From Candidatus Iainarchaeum sp. (lineage in GTDB: Archaea > Iainarchaeota > Iainarchaeia > Iainarchaeales > DTGL01): a stretch of DNA of 24,614 nucleotides. The stretch covers positions 1 through 24,614 of the forward strand of contig JAVYME010000017.1 in the NCBI GenBank assembly GCA_038736825.1, read 5' to 3'. This document shows, piece after piece, positions 1 to 8,218 of the stretch (within the stretch, counting starts at the first letter, position 1; the number at the start of each line of letters is the position of its first letter). The notes under the pieces were generated by a model, which was not told the DNA's origin, made no database searches, and saw only the letters and a program-made list of their open reading frames with translations. A program made the position numbers and the translations under genes.

Positions 1-1
1 A

Positions 2-1090
2 GCATATGCTTTTGCCGGAACACGCCTTGTTCTATTGACAATTCTTGCAGCAATCCTGGAAATCCTGCTTTTTGTGCTTTGCTGGCATTTTTGGGGAAGA
101 GAGCCAAAAGTGGAATTGCCACAAATTTATGAAAGAGAGATTCCATTCGATTACAGTCCAGCAGTGGTTGAAGCACTGCAATACCAGTGGCGAAAAAGGC
201 CCACAGTGAAAAGCCTTCCAGCGGAAATTTTGGATTTGTGCTTGAGGAAAAAGCTAAAAATTGAAAAAATAAAGGAAAAGGGTTTTTTATTAAAAAAAGA
301 CTCTTACAAATTGCACATTGTGGACAGTTCGCCTGAAGGCTTGCCTGAAAGCGAGCAACTATTGCTGGAACTAATAAAAAAAATTGCTGAAACAAAATTG
401 GAAGGACTGATTTTTAAATCAGAAAAAGCGGATGAAACCCCAAACGAAGTAACCCTTGAAGAAATAAAAAAATACTTGCAATACAACCAATACAAATCCC
501 GGCAATGGCTTGAATTGTGGACAAAGGCAGTTGGCAAAAACGCAAGAGAACTAGGGCTTTTCTCTGAAAAAGACGCAATAATTCCATTCCTTATTGGAAC
601 CCTTGCGCTTTCAATCGTGTTCTTTTTGCTTACAGCTCCTAATGCAACGCCAACAATGATAATTATTGTTGTCGCATTCTGCCTTAACCTGGTTTTTCCA
701 AATATTCTTCCAAACCGTTCATCCAAGGGCGCCCAGCACTACAAGCGCTGGATGAACTTGAAAAAATTCTTGTCAGATTTCAGCAGGCTCAAGGAAGTGC
801 CGCCTGAAGCACTGGTTTTATGGGAAAAATACCTTGTTTATGCAATACCGCTTGGTGTTGCAAGAAATGTTCAAAGGGCAATGGACAAAGTGTTCAAAGA
901 CTATCACGGCGAAATGCACTCTTCAATATTTGTTGGCGCCTCCTTTTCAGGCTCTGACTTTGCAAGGCTTGGCTCTTCAATAGGCTCTTTTTCCTCTGCT
1001 TTTGCTTCAGCAACCCGCACCTCTGGCGGTGGCAGGTTTGGCGGTGGAGGCGGAGGAGGCGGTGGTGGCGGGGGCGGTGGCGCAGGCTAA
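2..1090 (+). CDS. DUF2207-like membrane protein, C-terminal part (5' end runs off the window)
   Basis: The reading frame is open from base 2, with no stop before the TTG at 35. It has a TM helix, then a 'GREPK...YEREIPFDYSPAVVEAL' segment, further hydrophobic helices, and a terminal Gly run (GGGRFGGGGGGGGGGGGGGAG). I recall this layout as typical of DUF2207 proteins. Confidence 0.6.
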   Translation, partial: AYAFAGTRLVLLTILAAILEILLFVLCWHFWGREPKVELPQIYEREIPFDYSPAVVEALQYQWRKRPTVKSLPAEILDLCLRKKLKIEKIKEKGFLLKKDSYKLHIVDSSPEGLPESEQLLLELIKKIAETKLEGLIFKSEKADETPNEVTLEEIKKYLQYNQYKSRQWLELWTKAVGKNARELGLFSEKDAIIPFLIGTLALSIVFFLLTAPNATPTMIIIVVAFCLNLVFPNILPNRSSKGAQHYKRWMNLKKFLSDFSRLKEVPPEALVLWEKYLVYAIPLGVARNVQRAMDKVFKDYHGEMHSSIFVGASFSGSDFARLGSSIGSFSSAFASATRTSGGGRFGGGGGGGGGGGGGGAG

Positions 1091-1140
1091 AAAAAAAACC
1101 AAAAAACGCTTTTTTATTATCTTTCAATTTTATTATTTTT

Positions 1141-1899
1141 ATGCCATTCAAAAAACCCTTTGAAAGAAAACCTTCAAGTGAAAGGCTTTCCCCGAAAAAA
1201 AGGCAAATTCAAAGGCTTGCAAGCGCACTATCCTTGACAGCAAAATCAAAAACTGCAATAAAATTTTTTTGCAAAAACGGGCTTGGAGGCAAGCTTCAAA
1301 GGGAAAAAATTTATGCAGACATTGTCTTAGGGCTTTCAAGACTGCCTAAAGGCAGAAAAGTCAGCGAAATGGATTTTTTTAACGTGCTCTTTGAAAGAAA
1401 AATTGAAATTCCAGTAATGTTAGAGGTTTTCAACAAGAGGGCAGCAATGCGCGCATTTGCAGTGCCTGAAACCCAGAGAATGCAAGCATTAACCCTTTTA
1501 GAATTAAAAGCCAGAATAGCGGATTTTGCACTAAAACTGCCCTTTTCTGAAACAATCAAACCAAAAGAGCTTGTTCCAATAATGGATTTTGCAATTGAAG
1601 GCATCAAGGCTTCAAGGGAAACAAAAAAAGGCACTCCTGCCTTCAAACTAAACATGCAGCACTATAATGAAATGCTTGCAATGCTTGAAATGGAAAAAAA
1701 AGCACTTGAAGCCCTTGAAAGAAAAGGAGTCAAATACAGGGTAGGGGAAATAAATGCTGAATCTCTTGGAATGCTCAGAGCTTTAGGTGAAAGAGGGCTT
1801 TCAGACATAATTAAAGCAAACAGCCTTTTAGGAGTGCACTCCGCGCTACTGGATTTTTTTCACTGGGAAGCCTTAAAGTATTTCAAGCATTTTGACTAA
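1141..1899 (+). CDS. hypothetical protein with a basic N-terminus (ORFan)
   Basis: 252-aa ATG ORF with T-tract and TATA-like TTTTATTA about 29 nt upstream. No motif I recognise. The N-terminus MPFKKPFERKPSSERLSPKKRQ is strongly basic and the rest looks helical. Confidence 0.5.
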   Translation: MPFKKPFERKPSSERLSPKKRQIQRLASALSLTAKSKTAIKFFCKNGLGGKLQREKIYADIVLGLSRLPKGRKVSEMDFFNVLFERKIEIPVMLEVFNKRAAMRAFAVPETQRMQALTLLELKARIADFALKLPFSETIKPKELVPIMDFAIEGIKASRETKKGTPAFKLNMQHYNEMLAMLEMEKKALEALERKGVKYRVGEINAESLGMLRALGERGLSDIIKANSLLGVHSALLDFFHWEALKYFKHFD

Positions 1900-2489
1900 T
1901 TTTTTGCATTTAAAGCAATAAAAGCAACAAGCGCTCCAAGCAATGCTGTAACAAATTGCATTGCACTCATTGGCAGTAACAGTGCAGCAGGCAACATTGA
2001 AAAAGAGAATAGTGTGAAAGCAGAAACCCCAATTACAAGGGCTTTGGCTGTTGCCCCAATCAAGGCTTTAAAAGCAAAACTTTCATTGAAGTGCTTGAAA
2101 GAAAAAGCCAGCACTGCATTTCCAGCCCAAATGAATGGAACCAACAACAACAAATAAGGCGTGAGAGAGCCAAAAAGTGCTCCTGCGCTTAAAACCCCAA
2201 AAACCGGGAACAAGATTACTGAAAGCAAGTGCTTCAATTCAAGCCTTGTCGCAGCAATTATTATTGTTGCATTCACTAGTGTTCCAAGCAACAATTGTTG
2301 CGAGGAATGGCTTAAAATGAATGGCAGCATAAAGCAAAACAATGCATAAAGCAATGCTTCAACCCATTGCTTGTAGCGGGAAAGCCATTCAGAATTGAAA
2401 GCGTTTTTGAACCCTTGCATGTATATAAGAAAAGCGCCTGCCTTTAAATATTTAATGGCTGGCAAAAAAGGATTTGGGTTTTCCTTCAC
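1896..2489 (-). CDS. small polytopic membrane protein, function unknown (possibly transporter or S-component-like)
   Basis: 197 aa with about 5-6 hydrophobic helices. Its GTG start overlaps the hppA stop (GTGA), suggesting translational coupling. No diagnostic motif; an alternative ATG start lies near 2420. Confidence 0.5.
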   Translation of the reverse strand: MKENPNPFLPAIKYLKAGAFLIYMQGFKNAFNSEWLSRYKQWVEALLYALFCFMLPFILSHSSQQLLLGTLVNATIIIAATRLELKHLLSVILFPVFGVLSAGALFGSLTPYLLLLVPFIWAGNAVLAFSFKHFNESFAFKALIGATAKALVIGVSAFTLFSFSMLPAALLLPMSAMQFVTALLGALVAFIALNAKN

Positions 2490-4720
2490 GCAAATATTGG
2501 AAACACTGGGAACAGTGAAGCAAACAATATGGAAATCACAGACATTAGTTTCACCAAAATGTCAAGGCTTGGCCCGACAGTGTCCTTTAACGGGTCTCCC
2601 ACGGTGTCACCTACAACGCTTGAAACATGGGCTGGAGAGCCTTTTCCCCCATAATTGCCGTCTTCAATGTATTTTTTTGCGTTGTCCAGTGCGCCTCCCA
2701 TGTTTCCGCAATAAACTGCGAGTTGCATGCAAGAGAACAATGTTGCCAGCAAAAAGCCTGCGAGCGCAAACCTTCCAAAAATAAATCCAATGGTGAAAGG
2801 CAGTATTAGTGCAAAGGCAACAGGCAAAACCAGTTTTTTTAAGGCGCTCTTAGAGGTAATGGCAATGCATTTGTTGAAATCCGCTTCCTGTGTGCCTTTT
2901 AGTATGCCCGGCTTTTCCTTGAACTGCCTTCTAATTTCGTGAATCATTTTGTCCGCAGTGTCACTTACAGCCCTTATAAGCATTGCTGAAAACACGTATG
3001 GAATCATTGCACCCAAAAACATTGCAGCAATAATTGAACCTCCAAATCGCGGGTCAGCGCTTAAAACAGTCACTTGCGGTATTGTAACCTCTGTTGCAGA
3101 ACCAATAGCGCTCCAAAGGAATGCAACAATTAAGGCAAGAGCGGCAAATGCAGCAGAACCAATTGCAAAGCCTTTTCCAATTGCTGCAGTAGTGTTTCCT
3201 ATTGCATCCAGCCTGTCAGTTCTTCTCCTAACCTCTTTTGGCAAATTGGAGCCTTGCGCTATGCCGCCAGCATTATCCGCTATTGGGCCATAACTGTCAA
3301 TGCTTACATTCATTCCCACAAAGGAAAGCATTCCCATTGCCCCATACGCTATGCCCAAAAGCCCTGCAAGCGAATAACACAATACAATTGAAACAGCCAC
3401 AACAATGCCTGGCACTAGAGTGGAATGCATTCCAACCGCCATGCCATGCGTTATTCCTGTGGCAGGGCCAGTGGCAACACTTTTAGTGAGTTCTTTCACT
3501 GGCTTGAAATCTGAAGAAGTATAGTATTCTGAAATGAAACCAATTATTACGCCGGCAATCACTCCAATCACGATTGTCCAAAAAAGATTGAAATTGGATG
3601 GAGACAATATTAGGGTTATAATGCCGGCAAATACTATTGTCAGGAAAGCGCTAAGCCTGGCACCGTTTGTGAGCGCGCTTTGCAAGCCTTCCTCTTTGCT
3701 TTTTTTAGCCACAACAAAAATTATTCCCAATAGGCTTGCAATGATTCCGCCTGAAACAATCAGTAAAGGCATTAAAATGGTTGCCCAAAAAGCGCTCAAA
3801 CTGATTTCAGAGCCCAAGCCGATTTTTTGCAAAATGTAGAGAATGCTTTCATTGCTTCTTCCCACATACACGTACAAAATTATTACAAGCACTGAAATTA
3901 TTGCGCCAACAAATGATTCCAAGAGGTCAGCGCCAAGACCGCCTACATCGCCCACATTGTCTCCAACATTGTCTGCAATTGTTGCAGGATTCCTTGGATC
4001 GTCCTCTGGCAAGTGCTCTTCGGCTTTTCCCACAATGTCTGCGCCCATGTCTGCGGCTTTAGTGTAAATGCCTCCTCCAACCCTGTCAAACAAGGCAACA
4101 AGCGATGCCCCCATGGAATAAGCGCTCACAATCAATGCTGCCTTGATGAAAGTAAGGTTTCTTCCAAGAAAATCGCTCACTATTGGCACAGCCTTGTTTT
4201 CAATGTGCAAAATGGATGGATCGAATTCGTGAGCAAAAAGGAAAATTACAAGGGTAAGGCCTGCCACTGCAAGCCCTGCAGCAGCCATTCCATTGATTGA
4301 ACCGCCCACTAGCGCTATATTGAGGGCTTTTTTTGAATCCTTTCTTGCAGCGTTTGCCACGCGGGCGTTTGACATGGTGGCGCCATGCATTCCAATAAAG
4401 CCAGCGCTCATTGCAACTGTTCCGCCAATCAGGAATGCAATTGCAACCTCCCAGTAAAACAAGCCCCAGAGAATGAGTGCAATAACAACCAGTACAACTG
4501 CGAAAACTTTTACCTCTTCAACCATGAAAGTCCAAGCGCCCTCGCGAATGTATTTTTGCAATTGCCTCATTCTTTCTGTGCCAGCATCCTGTTTTGCAAC
4601 ATAACGGTTGAATTGCAAAACAGAAAAAACAGCGATAACAGAAACAATAGCGGATACAAAAATCAATTCGAACAATGGAATCACCCCGAAAAATTTCAAA
4701 AAAACGGAACAACTGAACAA
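2486..4720 (-). CDS. hppA: membrane-bound ion-translocating pyrophosphatase (M-PPase), K+-dependent type
   Basis: 744 aa, multi-TM. Diagnostic motifs GGGIYTKAADMGADIVGK, DNVGDNVGD and GDTVGDPLKDT are present. GNTTAAIGKG carries Ala rather than Lys, the signature of the K+-dependent subfamily. The start is TTG at 4720, with no in-frame ATG before TM1, so the exact N-terminus is uncertain. Confidence 0.95.
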   Translation of the reverse strand: MFSCSVFLKFFGVIPLFELIFVSAIVSVIAVFSVLQFNRYVAKQDAGTERMRQLQKYIREGAWTFMVEEVKVFAVVLVVIALILWGLFYWEVAIAFLIGGTVAMSAGFIGMHGATMSNARVANAARKDSKKALNIALVGGSINGMAAAGLAVAGLTLVIFLFAHEFDPSILHIENKAVPIVSDFLGRNLTFIKAALIVSAYSMGASLVALFDRVGGGIYTKAADMGADIVGKAEEHLPEDDPRNPATIADNVGDNVGDVGGLGADLLESFVGAIISVLVIILYVYVGRSNESILYILQKIGLGSEISLSAFWATILMPLLIVSGGIIASLLGIIFVVAKKSKEEGLQSALTNGARLSAFLTIVFAGIITLILSPSNFNLFWTIVIGVIAGVIIGFISEYYTSSDFKPVKELTKSVATGPATGITHGMAVGMHSTLVPGIVVAVSIVLCYSLAGLLGIAYGAMGMLSFVGMNVSIDSYGPIADNAGGIAQGSNLPKEVRRRTDRLDAIGNTTAAIGKGFAIGSAAFAALALIVAFLWSAIGSATEVTIPQVTVLSADPRFGGSIIAAMFLGAMIPYVFSAMLIRAVSDTADKMIHEIRRQFKEKPGILKGTQEADFNKCIAITSKSALKKLVLPVAFALILPFTIGFIFGRFALAGFLLATLFSCMQLAVYCGNMGGALDNAKKYIEDGNYGGKGSPAHVSSVVGDTVGDPLKDTVGPSLDILVKLMSVISILFASLFPVFPIFA

Positions 4721-4740
4721 AGAAATGATTGCCTTAAAAC

Positions 4741-4750
4741 AATTTAAATT
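4741..4750 (-). promoter_or_regulatory. TATA-box candidate (palindromic AATTTAAATT) for hppA
   Basis: About 28 nt upstream of the hppA start at 4720, in the 196-nt divergent intergenic region. Confidence 0.35.
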
Positions 4751-4887
4751 TCTTTGTTTTTTTGAGAAAAACCGTTTTCAGGGGAAAAAAAGCATCTTTT
4801 TTTAAAAGAATTATATAAAAAATTGCAATCAACTGCAGTTTTAATCGCAATGACTTTCTTTGAAAAAATTTGCAGTAAAAGCGCACA

Positions 4888-4895
4888 TTTAAATA
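4888..4895 (+). promoter_or_regulatory. TATA-box candidate (TTTAAATA) for the hydrogenase operon
   Basis: 29 nt upstream of ATG 4917, which implies a leaderless or very short-leader transcript. The same motif and spacing recur at other first genes. Confidence 0.4.
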
Positions 4896-4916
4896 TTTTT
4901 GCGGTGTTTTCAGATT

Positions 4917-5330
4917 ATGGCTGGCAAGATTATTGCCTTGAACGAGTTCGGCGAAGAACAGAAAAAAAAGGGCTTTATTGGAAAAAAAAAGCTCAAAGAA
5001 ATAGCCGCTAAAACCTGTGTGCCTGAAAGCGAGGCTTTTTCTGCAGCAACCTTTTATTCTTTTTTGTCTTTGGAGAAAAGGGCAAAGCATTCAATCCTGG
5101 TTTGCAATTGCCCTTCAGAGCAATTAAAAGGCTCTGAAAAACTGCTAAAAGCGCTTGAAAAAAAACTAAAAGTTAAAAGAGGGCATTCAACAAAAGACAA
5201 AAAATTTTATTTGGGTGAAACCTCTTGCATTGGGCTTTGCGATAAGGCTCCCGCAATGCTTGTGGACGGCAAACCCTATTCGCAAGTGACAATTGAAAAA
5301 GCAAAAAAACTGCTGGAAAAACTAAAATAG
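4917..5330 (+). CDS. NuoE/HydC-like thioredoxin-fold [2Fe-2S] subunit with an atypical first Cys pair
   Basis: 137 aa from ATG 4917; the track ORF starts at an upstream TTG 4899. The C-terminal motif 'ETSCIGLCDKAPAMLVDG' matches NuoE/HndA/HydC. The upstream motif reads 'LVCNCPSEQLKG' instead of the canonical C-x4-C. It sits first in an operon with NuoF-like and HydA genes. Confidence 0.8.
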   Translation: MAGKIIALNEFGEEQKKKGFIGKKKLKEIAAKTCVPESEAFSAATFYSFLSLEKRAKHSILVCNCPSEQLKGSEKLLKALEKKLKVKRGHSTKDKKFYLGETSCIGLCDKAPAMLVDGKPYSQVTIEKAKKLLEKLK

Positions 5331-5359
5331 GCATTATTGCAAAAAACCGGAGGGAATAA

Positions 5360-6481
5360 ATGAGCACTGAAAGCCTTCTCTTTGAATCCAACCTTGAAGG
5401 CTTAAGAAAAGCAATGCAAAAAAGCCCGGAAGAGATTATTGCCATAGTAAAAGAATCCGGCTTAAAAGGAAGGGGCGGCGCAGGCTTTCCAACAGGATTA
5501 AAATGGGAAACTGCAGCAAAAGCAGTCGGCGAAAAGTTTGTTTTGTGCAATGCAGACGAAGGCGAGCCCGGAACATTCAAAGACAAGCTTGTTTTGACAA
5601 AAACCCCACTCAACGTAATAGAAGGCATCATAATTGCTTGCAAAGCAGTCGGCGCAAAAAAAGCATTCATTTATTTGCGAGGAGAATACGCGCACTTGGC
5701 GCCCTCTTTAAAAAAAGCAATGAAAAAAGCCTGCTCTTTCCTTGAAAAAGAATGCATAGACTTGGAAATAGTTTTAGGGCAAGGCGCATACATTTGCGGA
5801 GACGAAACCGCAATCCTTAACTCAATCGAGGGAAAAAGGCCTGAACCAAGAAAAAAACCACCCTATCCAGCAGAAAAAGGCCTTAACGGGCAGCCCACTG
5901 TAGTCAACAATGTTGAAACCCTTGCAATGGTTCCATTGATTTTTTTGAACCGTTTTGATTCAAGAAAAAGGCTTTGCTCTCTTTCGGGCGACCTTGAAAA
6001 CCCCGGTGTTTTTGAAATAATTGAAGGAAAGCAGGCAGGCAAACTGGTTGAACTGGCTAAACCAATAGGCAAACCGAAAGCGCTTTGTTTTGGAGCCTCG
6101 GGTGGAATAATTCCCTTTGATCCCTGCATGGAATTAACAGAAGCAAACGTTAAAGAAAAAGGCGCTTTTGCTGGCACTTGGTCCATTATTGTTGTCAACG
6201 AAAAGCACTCCATAGTTGAATTGTGCAAGAGCACTCAACACTTTTTTGTCCACGAATCTTGCGGTTATTGTGCGCCTTGCAGGGAAGGCAATCTCAGAAT
6301 GCTGGAATTGCTTGAAAAAATTTGCAAGGGAAAGGGTACAAAAAAAGACTTGCAAAAATTGCGCGAGCTTTCAGGGCTTTTAAGCGCTTCCTGTTTTTGC
6401 GCTCTTGGAAAATCAGCCCCATTGCATGTTTCCACAGCCTTGAAACATTTTTCAAAGGAGTTTGAGGAAAAATGCATGTGA
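5360..6481 (+). CDS. NuoF/HydB-like NAD(P)H- and FMN-binding [4Fe-4S] subunit, core only
   Basis: Motifs present: GRGGAGFPTGLKW, CNADEGEPGTFKD, YICGDETAILNSIEG, NNVETL, and the N3-type cluster ESCGYCAPCREG...CFCALG. SD GGAGGG at 5349-5354. The stop overlaps the hydA start by 10 nt. Confidence 0.9.
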   Translation: MSTESLLFESNLEGLRKAMQKSPEEIIAIVKESGLKGRGGAGFPTGLKWETAAKAVGEKFVLCNADEGEPGTFKDKLVLTKTPLNVIEGIIIACKAVGAKKAFIYLRGEYAHLAPSLKKAMKKACSFLEKECIDLEIVLGQGAYICGDETAILNSIEGKRPEPRKKPPYPAEKGLNGQPTVVNNVETLAMVPLIFLNRFDSRKRLCSLSGDLENPGVFEIIEGKQAGKLVELAKPIGKPKALCFGASGGIIPFDPCMELTEANVKEKGAFAGTWSIIVVNEKHSIVELCKSTQHFFVHESCGYCAPCREGNLRMLELLEKICKGKGTKKDLQKLRELSGLLSASCFCALGKSAPLHVSTALKHFSKEFEEKCM

Positions 6482-8163
6482 CAATTGACGGCAAATACAT
6501 TGAATGCATGCAAGGCGAAACAATATTGCAGGCAGCCAAAAAAAACAATATTGACATTCCCACTCTTTGCTATCACTCAATGCTGGAACCAGAGGGAAGG
6601 TGCAGGGTTTGCCTTGTTGAAGCCAACGGCAAAACCACAACCGCTTGTGACACAATAGTGCAAGACGGAATGAACATTATAACAGACTCTGAAAAGCTTC
6701 GCTTAATGAGAAAGGATGCAGTGGACTTGATTGCGTCCAGTGTTTCGCCTGAAGTCCTGCAAAGCGAAAACGAGCTCACAAAAGCAATGCAAAAAGTCGG
6801 GTTAAAAAAACCATCCTTCAAAAACTACAAAAAACTGGAAAAAGACAATTCAAGCAATGCAGTTTGGCGGGACAACAACAAATGCATTTCCTGCGGGCGC
6901 TGCGTGCAATCCTGCTCCAAAGTGCAATCAGTCAACGCAATAGCCTTTTCCGGGAGAAGCATTGAAATGCAGGTTGAAGGGGTTTTCTGCGAACAACTCT
7001 ATTGCACTAAATGCGTTTCATGCGGGCAATGCTCGCTTGTTTGCCCCACAAACGCCATAAGCGAAGCAAACTCGCTTTCAATAGTGGAAAAGCACCTTAA
7101 AGAAAAAGGAAAAATAAAAATAGCGCAAATAGCCCCTTCAGTGCGGGTTTCCTTGGGCGAATGCCTTGGCATTCCACCCGGAAAAAACCTTGAACGACAG
7201 ATTGCAGCCGGCTTAAAAAAAGCAGGCTTTGATTTTGTTTTTGACACAAATTTTGGCGCAGACCTCACAATAGTGGAAGAATCATCAGAATTCATTGAAA
7301 GAATTAGAGAAGGAAAAAAACCGCTTTTCACGAGCTGTTGCCCTGCATGGATAGACTATTGCTGCCAATTCCATCCAGAACTGATTCCAAGCCTTTCCAC
7401 TGCAAAGTCACCGCAATTAATGCTTGCAGCAATGACAAAAACCCATTTTGCAGAAAAAAAAGGCTTTTCGCCAAAAAAAATCTTCAATGTTTCAATAATG
7501 CCTTGCACTGCAAAGAAAAAAGAAGCCTCTTTAAAACAAATGGGGCGCAAAGGCTTGCGCGACATAGATGCGGTTTTAACCACGCGAGAGTTGGGCGAAC
7601 TATTCAAAAGAAAACACATTGACCTTGAAAAAATCCAGCCAGCCGACTTTGATGACCCTCTCGGGGAAAGCACTGGCGCAGGAGCAATCTTTGGAGCCAC
7701 AGGCGGCGTAATGGAGGCAGCCCTTCGAACAGCCTATTTCCTTTTGGAAGGCAAAGACCTTGAAAGAGACGAAATCCCTCAAGTGAGAGGCGAAAAAGGA
7801 ATAAAAGAATTTGAAATAATGGTGGGCGGAAAAAAGTTCAAGACAGCAGTGGCACACGGGCTCTCGAATGCTGAAAAACTCATTGAAAGGCTCAAAAAAG
7901 GCGAAGAATTCGATTTCATTGAAATAATGGCTTGCCCTGGAGGCTGCATTGGCGGCGGAGGCCAGCCCAAGCCAACAAACTGGAATCTTATCCAGGAAAG
8001 AACTAAAGCGATTTACTCCATAGACAGCAGTAAAAGCGTTAGAAAAAGCCATCACAACCAGTCAGTGAAAAAATTGTATGAAGAATTCCTTGGAAAACCG
8101 GGTTCAAAAAAGGCAAAACAATTGCTTCACAGAACCTATCCAAAAAAAGGCAAAACATTTTGA
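6472..8163 (+). CDS. hydA: [FeFe]-hydrogenase catalytic subunit, CpI-like architecture
   Basis: All three H-cluster motifs are present: TSCCPAW, MPCTAKKKE and EIMACPGGCIGGGGQP. Also present are FGADLTIVEE, AKSPQ and GATGGVMEAALR. The N-terminal plant-type [2Fe-2S] has Cys33/44/47/59. There are two ferredoxin-like [4Fe-4S] motifs, CISCGRCVQSC and CVSCGQCSLVCP. SD AAGGAG at 6455-6460. Confidence 0.93.
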   Translation: MHVTIDGKYIECMQGETILQAAKKNNIDIPTLCYHSMLEPEGRCRVCLVEANGKTTTACDTIVQDGMNIITDSEKLRLMRKDAVDLIASSVSPEVLQSENELTKAMQKVGLKKPSFKNYKKLEKDNSSNAVWRDNNKCISCGRCVQSCSKVQSVNAIAFSGRSIEMQVEGVFCEQLYCTKCVSCGQCSLVCPTNAISEANSLSIVEKHLKEKGKIKIAQIAPSVRVSLGECLGIPPGKNLERQIAAGLKKAGFDFVFDTNFGADLTIVEESSEFIERIREGKKPLFTSCCPAWIDYCCQFHPELIPSLSTAKSPQLMLAAMTKTHFAEKKGFSPKKIFNVSIMPCTAKKKEASLKQMGRKGLRDIDAVLTTRELGELFKRKHIDLEKIQPADFDDPLGESTGAGAIFGATGGVMEAALRTAYFLLEGKDLERDEIPQVRGEKGIKEFEIMVGGKKFKTAVAHGLSNAEKLIERLKKGEEFDFIEIMACPGGCIGGGGQPKPTNWNLIQERTKAIYSIDSSKSVRKSHHNQSVKKLYEEFLGKPGSKKAKQLLHRTYPKKGKTF

Positions 8164-8187
8164 AAAAATTCCTTTTCTGGGATTAAA

Positions 8188-8195
8188 TTTAAATA
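8188..8195 (+). promoter_or_regulatory. TATA-box candidate (TTTAAATA) for the small Cys4 gene
   Basis: 31 nt upstream of ATG 8219. Confidence 0.35.
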
Positions 8196-8218
8196 CTAGT
8201 TTATTGTATATTTTAAAC

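Noticed and set aside
1024-1087. GGN/GGC-rich repetitive stretch resembling a microsatellite
   Set aside because: It is in frame and encodes the poly-Gly C-terminal tail typical of DUF2207-like proteins. It is not a non-coding repeat or a CRISPR-like array.
2395-4805. Chain of plus-strand ORFs (60-129 aa) tiling the region opposite hppA
   Set aside because: They lie antisense to a strongly supported 744-aa pyrophosphatase gene. They have odd Cys/Gln/Pro-rich compositions, no motifs and no translation signals, so they are shadow ORFs.
4721-4916. Possible tRNA or other structured RNA in the two largest intergenic gaps (4721-4916 and 11365-11567)
   Set aside because: By eye I see no cloverleaf-compatible arms and no GTTC-type T-loop context. 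The sequences are AT-rich, promoter-like spacers, and the second gap is better explained by the micro-ORF and hairpin. tRNAscan-SE or Infernal should still be run.
4976-4990. Long poly-A runs inside coding regions (here and in many other genes) as programmed frameshift or slippage sites
   Set aside because: They encode Lys runs in a Lys-rich, AT-rich proteome. The reading frames continue intact through them with conserved motifs downstream, so there is no evidence for frameshifting.
8078-8218. Longer form of the small Cys4 ORF starting at 8078
   Set aside because: It would overlap the last 86 nt of hydA and read through the TATA-like element. ATG 8219 sits at the usual distance from TTTAAATA.
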